The notes below the pieces were generated by a model that saw only the letters and a list, made by a program, of their open reading frames with translations, was not told the DNA's origin and searched no databases. A DNA stretch of 64,000 nucleotides from Polyangia bacterium (lineage in GTDB: Bacteria; Myxococcota_A; Polyangia; Fen-1088), in assembly GCA_036494575.1 (NCBI GenBank), contig DASXOE010000092.1:1732-65731 (forward strand). The letters are read 5' to 3'. Positions 60,668-64,000 of this stretch are shown piece by piece. Every line of letters starts with the position of its first letter. Position 1 is the stretch's first letter. The position numbers and the translations under genes were made by a program.

Positions 60668-62887
60668 CTACCTCGGGCTCGACGACGCGTGCCCGAGAGG
60701 CTTGGGCTCGAGCAGGCGCGCGTAATCCCGCAGGATCATGAGCGACTCGCTCAGCACGAGATTCTCGGCCGCGCCGAGCTCGCCCGACTCGTGGTCGTGC
60801 GGTGGCGCCACACCCCCGTCGGGCGCGACGGGCTTCGCCACGGCGACCTCGGGCGGCGGAAGACCCGGCTTGGCGGCATTCTTCACCGTGATGGCGTAGC
60901 GCGTGCCCGTGGCGGCGGTGACGCGAGCGACCCGCTCGATCTCCTTCTCGCGGGCCTCCGTGGCGGCGATCTCGCGGCGACGCTGCGCCTCGTTCAGGGA
61001 CACCTGGCCCGCTGCGATCCTCGCCTTCAGTGTCGCGATCTCTGCGCGCAGGTCGGAAAAGCCCCGGTCGGCCTCGACGCGACGGCTGGATTGCGTCCGC
61101 AGGGTGGCGAGCCAAGGCTCGACGCGATTGACGCGCTCATAGCGGGCGGCTGCGACGGTGTCCCAGGGCAAGGGATCCTTGAGCTCGCCCTCGCCCACCT
61201 TGGCGACGTCGCTGCGCGATGGAAGGACGATGTCCGAGGCCACGCCGCGTAGCTCGGTCGAGGCGCCGCTCGGCCGGTAGAACTTGCTGATCGTGATCTT
61301 GAGCGCGCCCGGATCGTAGGTGTGCGAGGCCTTGACCCGATCCATGACGGTCGCGAGGGGCAAGATCGACTGCACGGTGCCTTTCCCGAAGGTCGTCGAG
61401 TCGCCCACGATGACGGCGCGCCCGTAGTCTTGCAGCGCGCCGGCGGCGATCTCGGAGGCGGAGGCGCTGAAGCGGCTCGTGAGCACGACGAGCGGCCCAT
61501 CGTAGATGACGCCGGGATCGGGATCGGTGTCCACCTGGACGACGTTGTTCGAGTCGCGCGTTTGAACGACGGGCCCGCTCTTGATGAAGAGCCCCGTGAG
61601 CTTGATGGCCTCTTCGAGAGACCCACCGCCGTTGCGGCGCAGGTCGAGGACCACGCCGCGCACCCGCTCGGACTTGAGCTTGGCGAGCAGCTTCGCGACG
61701 TCGGCCGTCGCTCCGCTCGCGCCGCCATCGCCTGAATAGAAGGACGCCAGGTCGATCACGCCGAGCCGGACCGTCGAGCCATCGGGCTCCGGCTTCTCGA
61801 TGATCTGCGCCTTCGCTTGCTGGTCCTCGAGCTTGATCTCCGCGCGCACGAGCCTGACCGTCCGCGGCGGCCCCGCCGATCCGACGGGCGGCAGGACGGT
61901 GAGCGTCACCACCGACCCCTTGGGGCCGCGGATGAGGCCCACGATGCGCGTGAGCGGCATGTCGGTGACGTCGACCGGCTCGCCCGCGTCCTGCGCGACG
62001 GCGGTGATACGGTCACCCGGCTTGAGGAGGCCGCTCTTCTCGGCGGGGCTGCCGGGCACGAGCTCGTGCACGGTGCAGGCGCCTTCGTCGCTGCTCAGCG
62101 ACGCGCCGATCCCGAACAGAGACAGGTTCATCGCGATCGACAGCGATTCCATCTCCTCGTGGCCGAGATAGTCCGAGTGGGGATCATAAACGTGTGTCAA
62201 GGAGTCGAGGTAGATCTCGAGGACCTCGTCCTGCCCGAGGGCGGTCATCATCCGGAGCTGCTGGGCGTGGCGACGCGTGAGCGTCTTGGCGATGTCGGCG
62301 GCTGGCGGCTTCTTGTCGCCGAGTTTTTCCTGCAGGACCTCCGCGCGCAGCTCCTCGCGCCAGATGGCGTGTGCGCTCGTGAGATCGCGCGGCCGGGCCG
62401 CGCGGTCCCGATCGAAAAGGAAGGTGTCGCGGCCGGTGAAATCGAAGGCGGCGGAGCGAAGAAGCTCGGTGTCGTAGGCCGCCTGCTGGCCCAGGCGTTC
62501 GAGGAAGCGTTTGAAGATGGTCTGGGCGGGCCGCGTGTCGCCCTCCATCCTCGTCGCGTAGGCCAACGTGCGGCGGTAGGTGGCGAGCTCGTCGACGTCG
62601 GTCTGGAGAAAGAGGGATCGCGATCCGTCGAGCGCCTCGAGGTACCGCTCGAGGAGCTTGCCCGCCAGCTGGTCGTCGAGCGGGTGATGCGCGAACTGAG
62701 ACCCCGCGAGGAGCGAGGTCACGACGCGCGTGATGTTCGCCGCCGTCGTGGCCTTGTCGGCCGCGATCGGCGCGGCGCCTTCGCCGACCCGCCAGCTGAG
62801 GGCGACGGCGACGACCGTGGCGGCCACCAGCGTCCTTCCGGTCCAGTTGGGGGCGCGCCTCGGCTTCGTGTCAGGTCGGCGGATCAT
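60668..62887 (-). CDS. S41-family carboxy-terminal processing (tail-specific, Prc-like) protease
   Basis: ATG at 62887 with a TM/signal segment. PDZ segment (GIGASLSSDEGACTVHELVPGSPAEKSGLLKPGDRITAV). Catalytic region LDLRRNGGGSL ... SRFSASASEIAAGALQD ... TFGKGTVQ. Has a long C-terminal extension as in Prc. Confidence 0.9.
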   Translation of the reverse strand: MIRRPDTKPRRAPNWTGRTLVAATVVAVALSWRVGEGAAPIAADKATTAANITRVVTSLLAGSQFAHHPLDDQLAGKLLERYLEALDGSRSLFLQTDVDELATYRRTLAYATRMEGDTRPAQTIFKRFLERLGQQAAYDTELLRSAAFDFTGRDTFLFDRDRAARPRDLTSAHAIWREELRAEVLQEKLGDKKPPAADIAKTLTRRHAQQLRMMTALGQDEVLEIYLDSLTHVYDPHSDYLGHEEMESLSIAMNLSLFGIGASLSSDEGACTVHELVPGSPAEKSGLLKPGDRITAVAQDAGEPVDVTDMPLTRIVGLIRGPKGSVVTLTVLPPVGSAGPPRTVRLVRAEIKLEDQQAKAQIIEKPEPDGSTVRLGVIDLASFYSGDGGASGATADVAKLLAKLKSERVRGVVLDLRRNGGGSLEEAIKLTGLFIKSGPVVQTRDSNNVVQVDTDPDPGVIYDGPLVVLTSRFSASASEIAAGALQDYGRAVIVGDSTTFGKGTVQSILPLATVMDRVKASHTYDPGALKITISKFYRPSGASTELRGVASDIVLPSRSDVAKVGEGELKDPLPWDTVAAARYERVNRVEPWLATLRTQSSRRVEADRGFSDLRAEIATLKARIAAGQVSLNEAQRRREIAATEAREKEIERVARVTAATGTRYAITVKNAAKPGLPPPEVAVAKPVAPDGGVAPPHDHESGELGAAENLVLSESLMILRDYARLLEPKPLGHASSSPR

Positions 62888-62937
62888 TTTCTTCCGTGAC
62901 GGTGGATCATCGGCGCGCCGCGCGCAACCGTCGCGGC

Positions 62938-63690
62938 TCACGCCTCGGGCGACCGAGCTGGCTCGACGGCGCGCGCGAGCGCCTGCCGCATCCCGCGCGC
63001 GGCACCCGCGATCGCCTCGGCGCCGCGTCCGAGTCGAAAAGGGTTGAGGCGCGGCAGGTCGGGGATGGCGACGACGTGCAGGTTCGCCCGCTCCGGCGCG
63101 CGCAGCGCAGGGCTGGCTCTTCGCCGCCACGGCGAGCGCGCCATCAAGTGGTGAAAGAGGACGCGCTCGCCCGCGTCCGCGCCCCCGAGGCCCGGGCGGT
63201 CGAGGATTCCGCCGTCCAGATAGAGGCGCCCGTCGATGCGGACGGGCTGAAACATCACGGGCGCGGCGCACGATGCGTGCACGGCGGGCGCGAGCTCACC
63301 GCTGCGGAGCACGGTGGTGCGCCTCGCGCCGACGTCGAACACCGACACGGCGAGCGGGACGCGACACTCTTCGAAGGTCTTCACGGGAGCGATCGATTCG
63401 AGGCGCGCGCGGAAGAGCGCCCCGCGCAGCAGCCCGAGGCCCGGGCGGACGTCCCAGAAGTGCTCGCGTCGCAGCAGAAGCAGCTCCTCGCAGAGGCGGC
63501 GCGCCGAGACGCCCGAAGCCCAGAGCCCCGCGACGAGCGCGCCAGCGCTCGAGCCGCAGACACGCGCCGGCACGAGCCCTTCGTCCTCGAGCGCGGACAG
63601 CGCCCCCGCGTGCGCGAAGAACCCGAAGAAGCCCGAAGACATCGCCAGCGTGAAGGGCGCCGACGACAGCCACTCTCGAAGCGTGGGCAT
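62938..63690 (-). CDS. patatin-like phospholipase
   Basis: Oxyanion-hole-like SSGFFGFFAHAG, nucleophile elbow GSSAGA (GxSxG), and a catalytic Asp context YLDGG. Confidence 0.85.
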   Translation of the reverse strand: MPTLREWLSSAPFTLAMSSGFFGFFAHAGALSALEDEGLVPARVCGSSAGALVAGLWASGVSARRLCEELLLLRREHFWDVRPGLGLLRGALFRARLESIAPVKTFEECRVPLAVSVFDVGARRTTVLRSGELAPAVHASCAAPVMFQPVRIDGRLYLDGGILDRPGLGGADAGERVLFHHLMARSPWRRRASPALRAPERANLHVVAIPDLPRLNPFRLGRGAEAIAGAARGMRQALARAVEPARSPEA

Positions 63691-64000
63691 CCGCTCAGCA
63701 TGCCGGCTTTTGGGCCTGCGACAAAAAGCAAACGGCGCCTAGGGCCGCAGGGAGTCGGATCCAGCATGTAACGCGGGGCGACGCCGGCGCTGTCGTTGAT
63801 CGATCGCGTCAACGATGTTTGCGCCGTTCCGGCGTCACGGGGGCAAAAGACAGCGCCGCGGGCCCACATGGCGATTCCTTGCCTCGTGGGAGCCACTTCT
63901 GCGGCTAATGCAAGTGTAGGGACTGTGTGGGGACGTGGTTGCTGACCGCAGTCGGAGGTGAGCCTTGACGAGAGTCTTCGCAAATGTCGCCCGGGTGAGC

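Noticed and set aside
63381-63983. 200-aa minus-strand ORF and other ORFs at the right edge (63273..63771).
   Set aside because: They overlap the well-supported patatin-like CDS in other frames or strands and have Arg/Ser/Ala-biased composition. The distal 300 bp shows no convincing coding signal.
1-64000. Scan of intergenic regions (for example 2821-3073, 13409-13620, 17829-18180, 55042-55327, 63691-64000) for tRNA, rRNA, CRISPR arrays or intact IS elements.
   Set aside because: I found no cloverleaf-compatible sequences, rRNA-like stretches, regularly spaced repeats or transposase/integrase ORFs by eye. tRNAscan-SE, Infernal and ISfinder would be the decisive checks.

Overview
This is a 64-kb, very GC-rich (about 70% by eye) bacterial chromosomal segment. 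It carries dozens of lipobox lipoproteins with Gly/Ala/Thr-rich linkers, a STIG1-like Cys-repeat protein, MopE-like metal-binding motifs and PSCyt1-type CxxCH domains. That style points to Myxococcota, probably a Polyangia/Sorangiineae-type genome (inference only). I call about 50 CDS, 2 probable pseudogenes/fragments, one intergenic tandem repeat and one terminator. I saw no rRNA, tRNA, CRISPR array or intact transposase/integrase.

Ordinary content:
- acyl-CoA ligase, GH3 beta-glucosidase plus an OM beta-barrel, and a hybrid histidine kinase
- an AcrA/AcrB/TolC-type RND operon, and an isochorismatase/pirin/OsmC group
- MgtC, and a flavoprotein/CFA-synthase-like/cNMP-binding operon
- a patatin / S41 protease / FtsH unit

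Most interesting:
1. Seven translationally coupled minus-strand genes (24789-32925) join a VTC (polyphosphate-polymerase-type tunnel) protein and a DUF4956 membrane protein to a HlyD adaptor and a TolC-like channel. The unit contains no canonical pump. It also encodes an exported dikinase-like lipoprotein, and LTD and metallophosphoesterase lipoproteins lie upstream. I propose a candidate trans-envelope polyphosphate (or phospho-polymer) synthesis/export system.
2. A lower-GC islet (about 2.8-5.7 kb) carries an ABC/OLD-type ATPase overlapping a DUF4276-like TOPRIM-motif protein. This is a candidate split-OLD/PARIS-like defence pair, sitting next to decayed coding fragments.
3. A pentaheme lipoprotein cytochrome is bracketed by two YtkA-like lipoproteins and a small CxxCH lipoprotein.

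All family assignments come from motif recognition by eye; no HMM or BLAST was run. The many long antisense or out-of-frame ORFs in the track are treated as high-GC artefacts.
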